NCBI GenBank assembly: GCA_028820695.1
Contig: JAPPIB010000050.1
Span: 145,683 to 209,682, forward strand
DNA length: 64,000 nucleotides
Reading direction: 5' to 3'
Source of the DNA: Acidiferrobacterales bacterium
GTDB taxonomy: Bacteria; Pseudomonadota; Gammaproteobacteria; Arenicellales; JAJDZL01
This document shows positions 30,302-38,668 of this stretch, piece by piece (the stretch's first letter is position 1; each line of letters begins with the position of its first letter). A model generated the notes under the pieces. It was not told the origin of the DNA. It did not search any database and worked only from the letters and a program-made list of their open reading frames with translations. The translations under genes were made by a program, and so were the position numbers.

Positions 30302-30844
30302 TTACTGAACCAGTTCAACCAGATAGTCGACTGCGGCTTGGACGTCTTCGTCGCTCAACATCGAAACACCGCCTTTGGGCGGCATGATGCCCCGCTGACC
30401 CTGAAAGCCGTTAATTGCGCTGTCATACAAGGTCGCTATGCCTTTTTCGATTCGCGGAGCCCAATTTTCCGCGTCACCGGGTTTCGGTGATCCGGTCAGC
30501 CCGACATCGTGACAGACGTAACAGTATTGTTTGTACACAGCTTCCCCGGGATGCCCGGCCGACGCTTCACTGTCACCGGAATTCATTGAGGAGGCTGCCG
30601 TGTCCGCCGACGCGGCCATTGCCACCGAAACACCTTCATCTGCGATTTCACCTACATTCAAATCTCCGATGGGTTGGGTTCTCTGCGCGATGACGCGTTG
30701 CGTATATTCTTCCGTCTGTGCTTGGAGTTTGTCATCCATCGAACCTCCGATCACAACACCGAGTGTGATCAGTACCAGAGTCAGTACGATCAAGGCGATG
30801 ATCATCTTCGAAAACGATTTTACGAACTGGGCATCAGTCATCAT
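30302..30844 (-). CDS. membrane-anchored cytochrome c5-type c-type cytochrome
   Basis: N-terminal TM helix (MIIALIVLTLVLITLGVVIGG) and an Ala/Ser/Asp-rich linker. The haem site is CYVCHD (CxxCH), followed by GLTGSPKPGD...W..R...G...LY..A..G......MPPKGG, typical of cytochrome c5. Confidence 0.8.
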   Translation of the reverse strand: MMTDAQFVKSFSKMIIALIVLTLVLITLGVVIGGSMDDKLQAQTEEYTQRVIAQRTQPIGDLNVGEIADEGVSVAMAASADTAASSMNSGDSEASAGHPGEAVYKQYCYVCHDVGLTGSPKPGDAENWAPRIEKGIATLYDSAINGFQGQRGIMPPKGGVSMLSDEDVQAAVDYLVELVQ

Positions 30845-31060
30845 GGCGGTATTTCACCTCTTGCATCTTTCGTTCACACAGGAACCTGCCGAATCAGTCA
30901 ATTGACACATGTTGTGGAGCAATCCACTCATGGCTATCGCATGGTTGTGGGCATTATATTCAAGTAGGTTGCTCGAGTCTCACAGATAGCGTGCACGATC
31001 ACGACAGATTGAACCGGTTGGCAACATTGCGAAATACCTCTCTGATTGTGAAGCCAATTG

Positions 31061-31091
31061 TTGAGTGAGCACGCAATTCGGAATGTATAAT
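31061..31091 (+). promoter_or_regulatory. candidate sigma70-type promoter for the yeeE operon
   Basis: TTGAGT (31061-31066) and a perfect TATAAT (31086-31091) preceded by TG. The 19-nt spacing is long. The element lies about 45 nt upstream of the TTG start at 31135. Seen by eye only. Confidence 0.3.
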
Positions 31092-31134
31092 TTTTTTCCA
31101 TCATGCAAATGCTGACACGTCAAGGTAAGAATTC

Positions 31135-32343
31135 TTGGATGCCCTGATCGGAGTTCCTGTGTTGGTTGGATTTTTCCTGACCTCAGTGATTTTGGGAATC
31201 ACCATAAGTCGAACCAACTTCTGCACGATGGGTGCGGTTTCGGACTGGGTCAACTTGAACGACCGCGGCAGGATGGGAGCCTGGTTGCTGGCAATCGCCT
31301 CCGCCATGGTGGTAGTCTCGTTGCTTGAGGCGGTTTCATTGTTTGAGCTGAACCAGCAAAGACCGCCTTATCGATCGGCAACATTTGCCTGGCTTCGCTA
31401 TTTGGTTGGCGGACTTATGTTTGGCGTCGGCATGACACTGGCGGGTGGATGCGTCAGCAGAAATCTCGTCAGACTGGGTGGCGGAAACATCAAGTCGTTG
31501 ATCACGCTGATTATCGCAGCGGTTTTTGCCTATTTCATGACGAAAACCGTGTTCTTTGAGATCGCATTCTATAGCTGGATGCACCCGCTCTCTATTGATC
31601 TGGCATCAATCGGAATACCCGCTCAAGACATCGGTTCGATCCTGTCGGCAATCTTTCCCGCACTCAGCAAGCCTGTTGTGCATGTATTGATCGCGCTGGC
31701 GGTCGGTGTTGCGGTAATTTTCTTTGTCGCAAAGACCAGCGGTATTCAAGGCAATATGCTGAATATCGTTGCAGGTTTGATGATCGGCGGCTGCGTTACC
31801 GCTGGATGGTACCTGACTTCCGGTCCACTTGGATTGGAATGGGCGGAAGCCGCGCAGTGGGCAGACAATCCGCCGGTCGGAGTCGGCATGCAGTCGTTTA
31901 CGTTTGTCAATCCACTCGGGGAGTACATCAGCCTGGTACTGGAGCCCGGCGGTCTTTCGACGTTGCTCACTGTCGGCATGCTGGCGGCAGCAGGGCTGGT
32001 TATCGGTTCACTTGCTCATTCACTGGTGAGCAGGAATTTTCATGTTTCATGGTTCGCGTCATTTGGCGACTTTACCGCAAATGCCATCGGTGGGGTATTG
32101 ATGGGAGTTGGCGGAGTTTTGGCGCTTGGCTGTACGATCGGTCAGGGCGTCAGCGGCATATCGACATTGGCACTGGGGTCGTTCATTACGCTGGCCGCGA
32201 TCATTTACAGTTGTACCGCAACATTGAAGTACCAATTCTACAGGCTGGTTTACGACGACGCGAAGGTTTCCGATGTGTTCGTCACCACATTGGTGGACAT
32301 TAGATTGTTGCCGAACACAAAGCGGCGACTCGATCCGATCTGA
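31135..32343 (+). CDS. yeeE: YeeE/YedE family sulfur-compound (thiosulfate-type) channel protein
   Basis: 402 aa and polytopic. Three Cys-containing motifs sit in the expected positions: RTNFCTMGAV, LAGGCVSRNL and LALGCTIGQG. These resemble the conserved cysteines of YeeE/TsuA-type transporters. Confidence 0.85.
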   Translation: MDALIGVPVLVGFFLTSVILGITISRTNFCTMGAVSDWVNLNDRGRMGAWLLAIASAMVVVSLLEAVSLFELNQQRPPYRSATFAWLRYLVGGLMFGVGMTLAGGCVSRNLVRLGGGNIKSLITLIIAAVFAYFMTKTVFFEIAFYSWMHPLSIDLASIGIPAQDIGSILSAIFPALSKPVVHVLIALAVGVAVIFFVAKTSGIQGNMLNIVAGLMIGGCVTAGWYLTSGPLGLEWAEAAQWADNPPVGVGMQSFTFVNPLGEYISLVLEPGGLSTLLTVGMLAAAGLVIGSLAHSLVSRNFHVSWFASFGDFTANAIGGVLMGVGGVLALGCTIGQGVSGISTLALGSFITLAAIIYSCTATLKYQFYRLVYDDAKVSDVFVTTLVDIRLLPNTKRRLDPI

Positions 32344-32361
32344 ACGACAGGGGGATAGAAC

Positions 32362-32793
32362 ATGTCTGAACTTTCATCTTGGCTGCCAACCGATCGGCTG
32401 TATGACGAATCATCGTATCTTTGGGTCAAGGAAGAATCGGAAAGTGGAAATTTACTGGTTGGAATCGGGCATCCGACTATCGAGTCTCTCGGAGAGCTAT
32501 CCTACCTTACACTTTCAGGCCCCGGAACTGAGGTCAAGCGAGGCGAATCGGTAGGATCAATGGAAGCAGCGAAGATGACCGGCGAAATTGTGAGCCCGGT
32601 CAGCGGGACCATCGTTCGACGAAATGAGCGAGTGCTGGAAGATCCGCGTACCGCAGGTGGAGACCCTTATCGCGACGGCTGGCTGTTCTCGATTGCACCG
32701 ACATCCTGGGACGAGGACAAGTTTCGTCTGCTCGATTCCGGAAGGTTCTATGACACCCTTCCCGAAGACTTGCGCGGTCCCGCGTCAAATTGA
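32362..32793 (+). CDS. GcvH-like lipoate-binding protein (LbpA-type candidate)
   Basis: H-protein fold strings are present: YLWVKEE....VGI...ESLGEL.Y. The lipoyl-lysine context is SVGSMEAAKMTGEIVSPVSGTIV (K71), and DPY.DGWLF follows. No gcvT or gcvP is nearby. Confidence 0.85.
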   Translation: MSELSSWLPTDRLYDESSYLWVKEESESGNLLVGIGHPTIESLGELSYLTLSGPGTEVKRGESVGSMEAAKMTGEIVSPVSGTIVRRNERVLEDPRTAGGDPYRDGWLFSIAPTSWDEDKFRLLDSGRFYDTLPEDLRGPASN

Positions 32794-32799
32794 CTTGTT

Positions 32800-33915
32800 T
32801 TGGTGAAAGCTCGACTACTGACAGACGACTCGGTTGACGATCAGACCGGATTGTCAGTCGACGATGCGCTGGCTCGCATCAGTTCGGCAGCGTCATCGCT
32901 TACACTGAGACTCTACACCTATCAGCCGTGCGTGCTCGTGGGTCGGTTTCAGCACGTCCGCGACGAAGTTGACCTTAATCGATGCAGGGAACTGCGTGTA
33001 CCCGTCAATCGTCGCCCGACCGGGGGAGGTGCGATCATCATGGGACCTGAACAATTGGGAATCGCACTGGTGGTTCCGCCGGACAGCAGGGCTGTCGGAC
33101 GAAAGTCGGCGTCGCTGATGCGGGATTGTGCGAAAGGTATCGTGAGCGCACTTCGTAGTTTTGGTGTTGAAACTGAATTCCGAGGAAAAAATGATCTGGT
33201 TGTTTCAGGCAGGAAAATCGCGGGCTTGGGCCTTTACCAGGCACAGGGTGGCGGAATCCTGTTTCACGCATCGTTATTGCTTGATCTGGATATTCAATAC
33301 ATGCTGACAGTACTCAAGACCGCATTTGGGAATACACCCGACAGGGGCCTGGATACCATTTCGCAGCGCATTGCGACGCTTCGCGGCGAGGTCAGTCCAG
33401 ATGTGTCCATATCGGACTTGACACAAGCGGTCGAACTTGGATTCGCCAAGGAGTTTTCAATTGATTTTTACCGCGGACACTTGAGTCCGCAAGAGCGGAT
33501 GCTGGCGAATCAGCTTGTCGCCAGTCAGTATGGCAGCCGGCAGTGGATATATCACAGTGGGGCCCGGATCAAGGACCGGGTCGGTTGCTATCGCCTCAGG
33601 ACACAAGGTGGAACATTGGATGTCAGGGCAATTGTGGCAAAAAGCACCCTCAAATCAGTATTTGTAAATGGAGATTTTATCGCTGCGGAAAATGCGATTT
33701 CTGATCTGGAGAGTAGTTTGAGGTGGCACAAGACCGATACAGATGAATTGAACAGAACCATCGAGCGGTCACATCTAAGAAACAGGCAGTTTTGGGATCG
33801 AATATCGGCGGCAGACATCTCACAAGCGGTGCTGGGAGCGATTGGACGAATCGATAGTGATTGCGTTGATCCTGCGCCAAATTCGTGCTTTGTGCGCAGC
33901 GGGATGACGCAATGA
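32800..33915 (+). CDS. lipoate--protein ligase family protein, long fused form (sLpl(AB)-like)
   Basis: LplA/LipB-family blocks RRPTGGGAI and GKNDLVVSGRKIAGLGLYQAQGGILFHASLLL are present. The extra ~120-aa C-terminal region is consistent with a fused accessory domain. The start is TTG 32800 or GTG 32803. Confidence 0.8.
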   Translation: MVKARLLTDDSVDDQTGLSVDDALARISSAASSLTLRLYTYQPCVLVGRFQHVRDEVDLNRCRELRVPVNRRPTGGGAIIMGPEQLGIALVVPPDSRAVGRKSASLMRDCAKGIVSALRSFGVETEFRGKNDLVVSGRKIAGLGLYQAQGGGILFHASLLLDLDIQYMLTVLKTAFGNTPDRGLDTISQRIATLRGEVSPDVSISDLTQAVELGFAKEFSIDFYRGHLSPQERMLANQLVASQYGSRQWIYHSGARIKDRVGCYRLRTQGGTLDVRAIVAKSTLKSVFVNGDFIAAENAISDLESSLRWHKTDTDELNRTIERSHLRNRQFWDRISAADISQAVLGAIGRIDSDCVDPAPNSCFVRSGMTQ

Positions 33916-34892
33916 GTCAGGCGGTTACCTTTATTGATAATCGAATTTCCGAGAACCATGCGGAATCGATCAATCTCAAGCTTCGAAAACGCAACTTTGG
34001 AGAACAGATTGTCTTTCATGCACCTGGCCTGAAGAAGTTCCGGACGGCCGAATACGATTGCCACGATGCATCTGAATTTGTAGCAGTCAGTGTCACTGGC
34101 GAAGCCTGTTCCCTGAATTGCGAGCACTGTAAAACCGGGGTATTGAAAGGAATGCATGACCTGCCATCGGTGAACCAGTCGTTGTATGAACTTTGTTCGA
34201 AACTGCACGATCAAGGTGCGCGCGGCGTCCTGATTTCCGGCGGTAGTGATCGGCGGGGCAGGGTTCCTCTGAAGAAACATATCGCTGAAATGATACGGAT
34301 TCGTCATGAACTTGGGATGACGATCCGCGTCCATCCCGGCTTGCCCGATGAGGAGACCTGTTCAGAATTGGCTGATGTTGACATCGATGGCGCGATGATT
34401 GATGTGATCGGGCATGAGAGGACAATTCGTGAAGTCTATCATCTCGACGCGGATGTCGGAGATTATGAGGCGGTACTTGAGCGATTGGAACGTTACAGAG
34501 TACCTTGTGTTCCACACATCGTCATGGGATTGCATTTCGGCCAGATGCTCGGCGAGGAATATGCACTGGAGATGATTTGTCGTCATCAGTTCACAACTCT
34601 GGTTCTGGTTATATTGATGCCTTTATCGGGAACCCCGATGGCTGCAGTTCAACCGCCTGCACTGTCAGAGGTCTCCGAGTTTTTCGACCTGGTCAGAGGC
34701 CGGCTGCCAACCAGCCCGATCATGCTGGGTTGTGCTCGCCCGCTGGGAAAGGCCAAGGTACTGATCGATCGGGCGGCCATTGACTCAGGGTTGAACGGAA
34801 TCGCCTATCCTGCCGACGGGATAGTCGAGTATGCCCGACATCGCGGACTGACGCCGAAATTCGTCAATGCCTGCTGTGGCGTCAATTGGTGA
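33912..34892 (+). CDS. radical SAM protein, LipS1/LipS2-type lipoyl synthase component (candidate)
   Basis: CX3CX2C triad in VSVTGEACSLNCEHCKTG, and a TIM-barrel-sized protein ending in NACCGVNW. The ATG at 33912 overlaps the ligase stop (ATGA). The assignment rests on context with the H-protein and ligase. Confidence 0.7.
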   Translation: MSQAVTFIDNRISENHAESINLKLRKRNFGEQIVFHAPGLKKFRTAEYDCHDASEFVAVSVTGEACSLNCEHCKTGVLKGMHDLPSVNQSLYELCSKLHDQGARGVLISGGSDRRGRVPLKKHIAEMIRIRHELGMTIRVHPGLPDEETCSELADVDIDGAMIDVIGHERTIREVYHLDADVGDYEAVLERLERYRVPCVPHIVMGLHFGQMLGEEYALEMICRHQFTTLVLVILMPLSGTPMAAVQPPALSEVSEFFDLVRGRLPTSPIMLGCARPLGKAKVLIDRAAIDSGLNGIAYPADGIVEYARHRGLTPKFVNACCGVNW

Positions 34893-34925
34893 ACAAGCAA
34901 GACAAGGGAGAAACGGATAGGATTT

Positions 34926-36017
34926 ATGGCAACTACAGGAATACCGACAAAACTACAGGATCAACACTTTCAAATCAGTCCTGATTACGTTCGAATCAGC
35001 GTTGCCGCCGCCATTGAGCTTGGCTTGGCTCCTGGCAGAATCAATGGCTGCAGCTGCAATTGCATCAATCTGCTGCAGAATTATCCGCAGGGATGTGCAG
35101 CCAATTGCTCGTATTGTGGATTGGCTCGGGAGCGTCCGGGAATTGCTGAGGACAACAGTTTTATTCGAGTCGATTGGCCGCTGTATGAAACCGATCTGGT
35201 CGCCGAGAAAATCGCTGAGAAAGAATCTCGGGACACGGTGGGCAGAGTATGCATTGCACAGGTCCAGGATCATCGGGCGACCGAAGATCTGATCGACATG
35301 GCTTTCAGGGTACACCGCGCGTCGCCAATGGTGCCGATTTCCGCCCTGGTTACTGCGACACTCTTGTCGGAGGATGATTTATACAGAATCAAGGATTCGG
35401 GCGTCGACATAATCGGTGTGGGTTTGGATGCGGTGACGGCTGATGTTTTCGAACGAACTCGGGGAAGACTTGCGAAGGGCCCGCATCGCTGGGATCAACA
35501 CTGGGAAATCGTGCGCGCCGCACGTCGAATCTACGGCCCTATGAAAGTCAATTGCCATCTTATTGTCGGACTCGGTGAAACTGACAAGGAGATGTTCGAT
35601 ATGATCTATCAGTTGAAACAAGAGCAGATTGCAGGATATCTGTTTTCTTTCAACCCTGAACCGGGAACACAAATGCAGCATGTTCCCAGGGCTCCATTGA
35701 AAAGGTGGCGACGAATTCAATTTGTCAAGAACCTGATTGAGGAACATGATCTGGAACCGACGGCACTTGAGTACGATGCTGCCGGAGCATTGATCGGAGT
35801 CAACTATCCAACGGACCCGGCAAGTCTGGTACTCCAAAATGGAGACGCGTTCATGACCAATGGCTGTCCCGACCGTCAGGGAGTGATGGCGTGCAACCGT
35901 CCCTATGGTTCCTACCGACCTGGCGAGGACTTCAGGGACTACCCGTTCTTACCGGATCGCGATGAATTGGAAAAGATCAGTGCGCAGACGCAACTGGAAC
36001 AGATTCGGGCAACCTGA
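34926..36017 (+). CDS. radical SAM protein, LipS1/LipS2-type lipoyl synthase component (candidate)
   Basis: CX3CX2C triad in QGCAANCSYCGLARE, preceded by an extra CSCNC cluster. 363 aa. It is the second rSAM gene of the operon. Confidence 0.7.
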   Translation: MATTGIPTKLQDQHFQISPDYVRISVAAAIELGLAPGRINGCSCNCINLLQNYPQGCAANCSYCGLARERPGIAEDNSFIRVDWPLYETDLVAEKIAEKESRDTVGRVCIAQVQDHRATEDLIDMAFRVHRASPMVPISALVTATLLSEDDLYRIKDSGVDIIGVGLDAVTADVFERTRGRLAKGPHRWDQHWEIVRAARRIYGPMKVNCHLIVGLGETDKEMFDMIYQLKQEQIAGYLFSFNPEPGTQMQHVPRAPLKRWRRIQFVKNLIEEHDLEPTALEYDAAGALIGVNYPTDPASLVLQNGDAFMTNGCPDRQGVMACNRPYGSYRPGEDFRDYPFLPDRDELEKISAQTQLEQIRAT

Positions 36018-36069
36018 CTTGCCGAAAAGCAGCGAGCAGGTGACAGACAACTGATCAAGGAGGTTGATT

Positions 36070-36465
36070 GTGGATAACAAGACGACTGAGCGCCGGCTGA
36101 TCACATCCGGTTCAGTGTTTGAAGAAAAAGCCGGATACTCCCGGGCGGTATGTTCTGATCCGTGGGTTTTTGTTGCGGGTACCACTGGATTCAACTATGA
36201 CACAATGGAAATTTCTGACGACGTCGTTGAGCAATGTCGTCAGACACTGCAGAACATAGGCAAGGTTCTGGCGCAAGCGCAAAGTGGATTTGAGGATGTG
36301 GTTCGTGTCACTTATATCTTTCCACACAGTGAAGACTTCGAGTTATGTTGGCCGGTGCTGAGGGAGTATTTCGGCGATATTCGGCCGGCATGTACGATGT
36401 ACAGCGCAAATCTCGCCGATTCCAGAATGAAAGTGGAGATTGAGGTCACCGCGCTGAAGAGATAA
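36070..36465 (+). CDS. ridA: RidA/YjgF family reactive-intermediate deaminase
   Basis: GYSRAV......FVAGTTG ... C.QTLQNIGKVL..A...F.DVVRVTYIF ... VEIEVTA is the YjgF/RidA pattern. AGGAGG at 36058-36063 favours the GTG at 36070 over the TTG at 36064. Confidence 0.85.
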   Translation: MDNKTTERRLITSGSVFEEKAGYSRAVCSDPWVFVAGTTGFNYDTMEISDDVVEQCRQTLQNIGKVLAQAQSGFEDVVRVTYIFPHSEDFELCWPVLREYFGDIRPACTMYSANLADSRMKVEIEVTALKR

Positions 36466-36484
36466 GCACTGGAGAGGGGATTTT

Positions 36485-37138
36485 CTACCCGCCTTCTTCC
36501 TCCAGGATGCGCCGGGCCAGGTATTCCACAATTTCCAAGGCTCGTGAATCAGATCCTGCCATAGCCGGCGATGTTCTGTACTTATGCCCGACCACCAGAG
36601 TGGGAACAGAATTCACCCCGTATTTCTTTGCGAGCGCTTCGGCTTGTGCGACCTTTGATTTGGCCGCAAAGGAATGAAGAGTCTGTGTCAATTTTGCTGC
36701 ATCCACTCCGTCCTGTGCGGCCGCCCATTTCTGGAACGACTCGACATCATTGATCCTCTTTCTCTTGACATGGATCTCATCGTAGAATTTTTGCATCAAC
36801 ACATCTTTCAACTTCAGCAAGTCCATGGCGTAATATACGTGGGCGTGGAACACCCAGCCATCAACCATCGCTGCCGGAACGTTCGAAAAACTGATTTCCT
36901 CAGGTATATTCCATTGAAGCAGCGTCGGTTCAAATCGAAAGCAGGAAGGGCAGCCGAACCAGAAAAATTCCATGACATCGACTTTTCCATCCGATTTTAT
37001 TTTCGCGTCGGCGGCGATAGTGACAAAGTCTTTTCCCTCTTCGTAGTTCTGGGCCTGTGATGGTGTTGCAATGGACAGCACTGCAAAACCACAAAGGGCG
37101 ATGCCGAGGAGGTGATTGCGAATTTGTTGATGTTTCAT
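36485..37138 (-). CDS. dsbA: thiol:disulfide interchange protein DsbA family
   Basis: Signal peptide, then FFWFGCPSCFRFEP (a CxxC thioredoxin-fold site, here CPSC) and GVNSVPTLVV (cis-Pro loop). Confidence 0.85.
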   Translation of the reverse strand: MKHQQIRNHLLGIALCGFAVLSIATPSQAQNYEEGKDFVTIAADAKIKSDGKVDVMEFFWFGCPSCFRFEPTLLQWNIPEEISFSNVPAAMVDGWVFHAHVYYAMDLLKLKDVLMQKFYDEIHVKRKRINDVESFQKWAAAQDGVDAAKLTQTLHSFAAKSKVAQAEALAKKYGVNSVPTLVVGHKYRTSPAMAGSDSRALEIVEYLARRILEEEGG

Positions 37139-37309
37139 GGTCGAATTGTCCTGCCTGATTATCGGAATGCTGGTGCTTGGGATTCAGTATCACATGCTGA
37201 TACGCCAAGGCGGTAATTTTCCTTTGCTTGCCGCCACTGCTTTGGGAGATTGTACGCAACTGGTTCGCGTGTTTTCCAAGAATGTCGTTCTGTATCAGTT
37301 AAGAAATGA

Positions 37310-38668
37310 TTAATTCTGAGTCAGTGCTGCAACCAATCGCTTCTGAAGATTGTCGAATCCGCCATTACTCATGATCAGGACGCAATCACCGGTTCGCACC
37401 TCCTGAACCAGGTTGTCGAGCAACGTATTGACTGAGTTGTGAACAACGAAGTTCTGTATGGATTCCGGGACTTCCCAAATTACATTTGGGGGACGATACA
37501 TGAAAACCTTGTCAGCGACCTCGAAAGCTTCAAACAGCTTTGTTCCATGAACACCCATGCGCATGGAATTGGACCGGGGTTCAAACACCGCAATCACTCG
37601 CTTCGGCGAAGTCAAATTTGAAACCGCGTCAATGGCTGATCGAATCGCCGTGGGATGATGGGCAAAGTCATCGAATATCTGAACGCCATTCAGATTCCCT
37701 AGAAACTCCAATCGCCGCTTGACGGGTTTGAATTCCTTCAGCGCATCGATCGCAACGTTCAAGTCGACTCCGACTCCGCAGACCGTGGCGATCGCAGCCA
37801 GCGCGTTTGCGGCATTGTGTCTGCCGGGAACGTCCCAACTCAGTTCGACAGTTCCATGCAGTCTTGAATGAAACATCAGATTCCGGTAATCGTCTGTCTG
37901 TGAATCTGCATACCAATCCGCATCCCGGTTACCGGAAATGCTGAACTGGACGATAGGCGAGAAAACACTGTCAGCAATTGTTTGCTGCAGGTAGTTCTCA
38001 TCAAGATTCGCGATGACACTGCCCGAAGATGGTTGCAACTGTATGAAGTGCTGGAACTGCTGCCTGATGTCATCGATCGAGTTGAAAATATCTGCGTGGT
38101 CGAACTCGAGATTGAGGAGAACCGCATGGTAGGGCCGATAGTGAACGAACTTTGAGCGTTTGTCAAAGTATGCTGTATCGTACTCGTCGCCCTCAACAAC
38201 AAACCACTCACCTGTCCCCAGTTTCGCTGCCGCATCAAAATTTTGCGACACTCCGCCGATCAGATAACCTGGATTGAATCCAGCGTAGTCAAGAATCCAT
38301 GCGACCATGCTTGTCGTAGTCGTTTTTCCATGAGTGCCGGCAACGACGATTACTTTTTTGTTGCGCAGGATGTTTTCGGACAGCCATTGGGGACCGGATA
38401 TGTATTCGATACCGAGGTTCAGCATCGCGTCAATTTCGGGGTTGGAGCGACTGATCGTGTTGCCGACCACCACCAAGTCCGGACGATCCTTCAAGTTGTC
38501 GGGATGGTAGCCAGTCGCAACTTCAATGTTCTGTTTGGCCAACAGATCACTCATAGGAGGATAGGCATTCAGATCCGATCCTGATACCCGGTAGCCCAAT
38601 TCACGAGCAAGCAATGCGAGATTGCCCATGAAGGTACCGCAGATTCCTACGATATGCAGATGCGTCAC
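37310..38668 (-). CDS. mpl: UDP-N-acetylmuramate:L-alanyl-gamma-D-glutamyl-meso-diaminopimelate ligase
   Basis: MTHLHIVGICGTFMGNLALLARELGY.VSGSD and the P-loop VAGTHGKTTTTSM. The 452-aa length and overall Mur-ligase layout are typical of Mpl. Confidence 0.92.
   Translation of the reverse strand: MTHLHIVGICGTFMGNLALLARELGYRVSGSDLNAYPPMSDLLAKQNIEVATGYHPDNLKDRPDLVVVGNTISRSNPEIDAMLNLGIEYISGPQWLSENILRNKKVIVVAGTHGKTTTTSMVAWILDYAGFNPGYLIGGVSQNFDAAAKLGTGEWFVVEGDEYDTAYFDKRSKFVHYRPYHAVLLNLEFDHADIFNSIDDIRQQFQHFIQLQPSSGSVIANLDENYLQQTIADSVFSPIVQFSISGNRDADWYADSQTDDYRNLMFHSRLHGTVELSWDVPGRHNAANALAAIATVCGVGVDLNVAIDALKEFKPVKRRLEFLGNLNGVQIFDDFAHHPTAIRSAIDAVSNLTSPKRVIAVFEPRSNSMRMGVHGTKLFEAFEVADKVFMYRPPNVIWEVPESIQNFVVHNSVNTLLDNLVQEVRTGDCVLIMSNGGFDNLQKRLVAALTQN

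Noticed and set aside
31806-32303. 165-aa alternative-frame ORF inside yeeE
   Set aside because: It lies on the same strand but out of frame with a gene carrying three conserved Cys motifs. Its Arg/Gly-rich composition is typical of an off-frame translation.
33588-34334. 248-aa minus-strand ORF across the ligase / radical-SAM junction
   Set aside because: It is antisense to two plus-strand genes that carry clear family motifs (the LplA block and the CX3CX2C triad), and has no motif of its own.
37139-37309. GCCACTG (B12-box-like) string in the dsbA-mpl intergenic region
   Set aside because: It lies on the plus strand while both flanking genes are on the minus strand. No other cobalamin-riboswitch elements are visible, so this is a chance heptamer.
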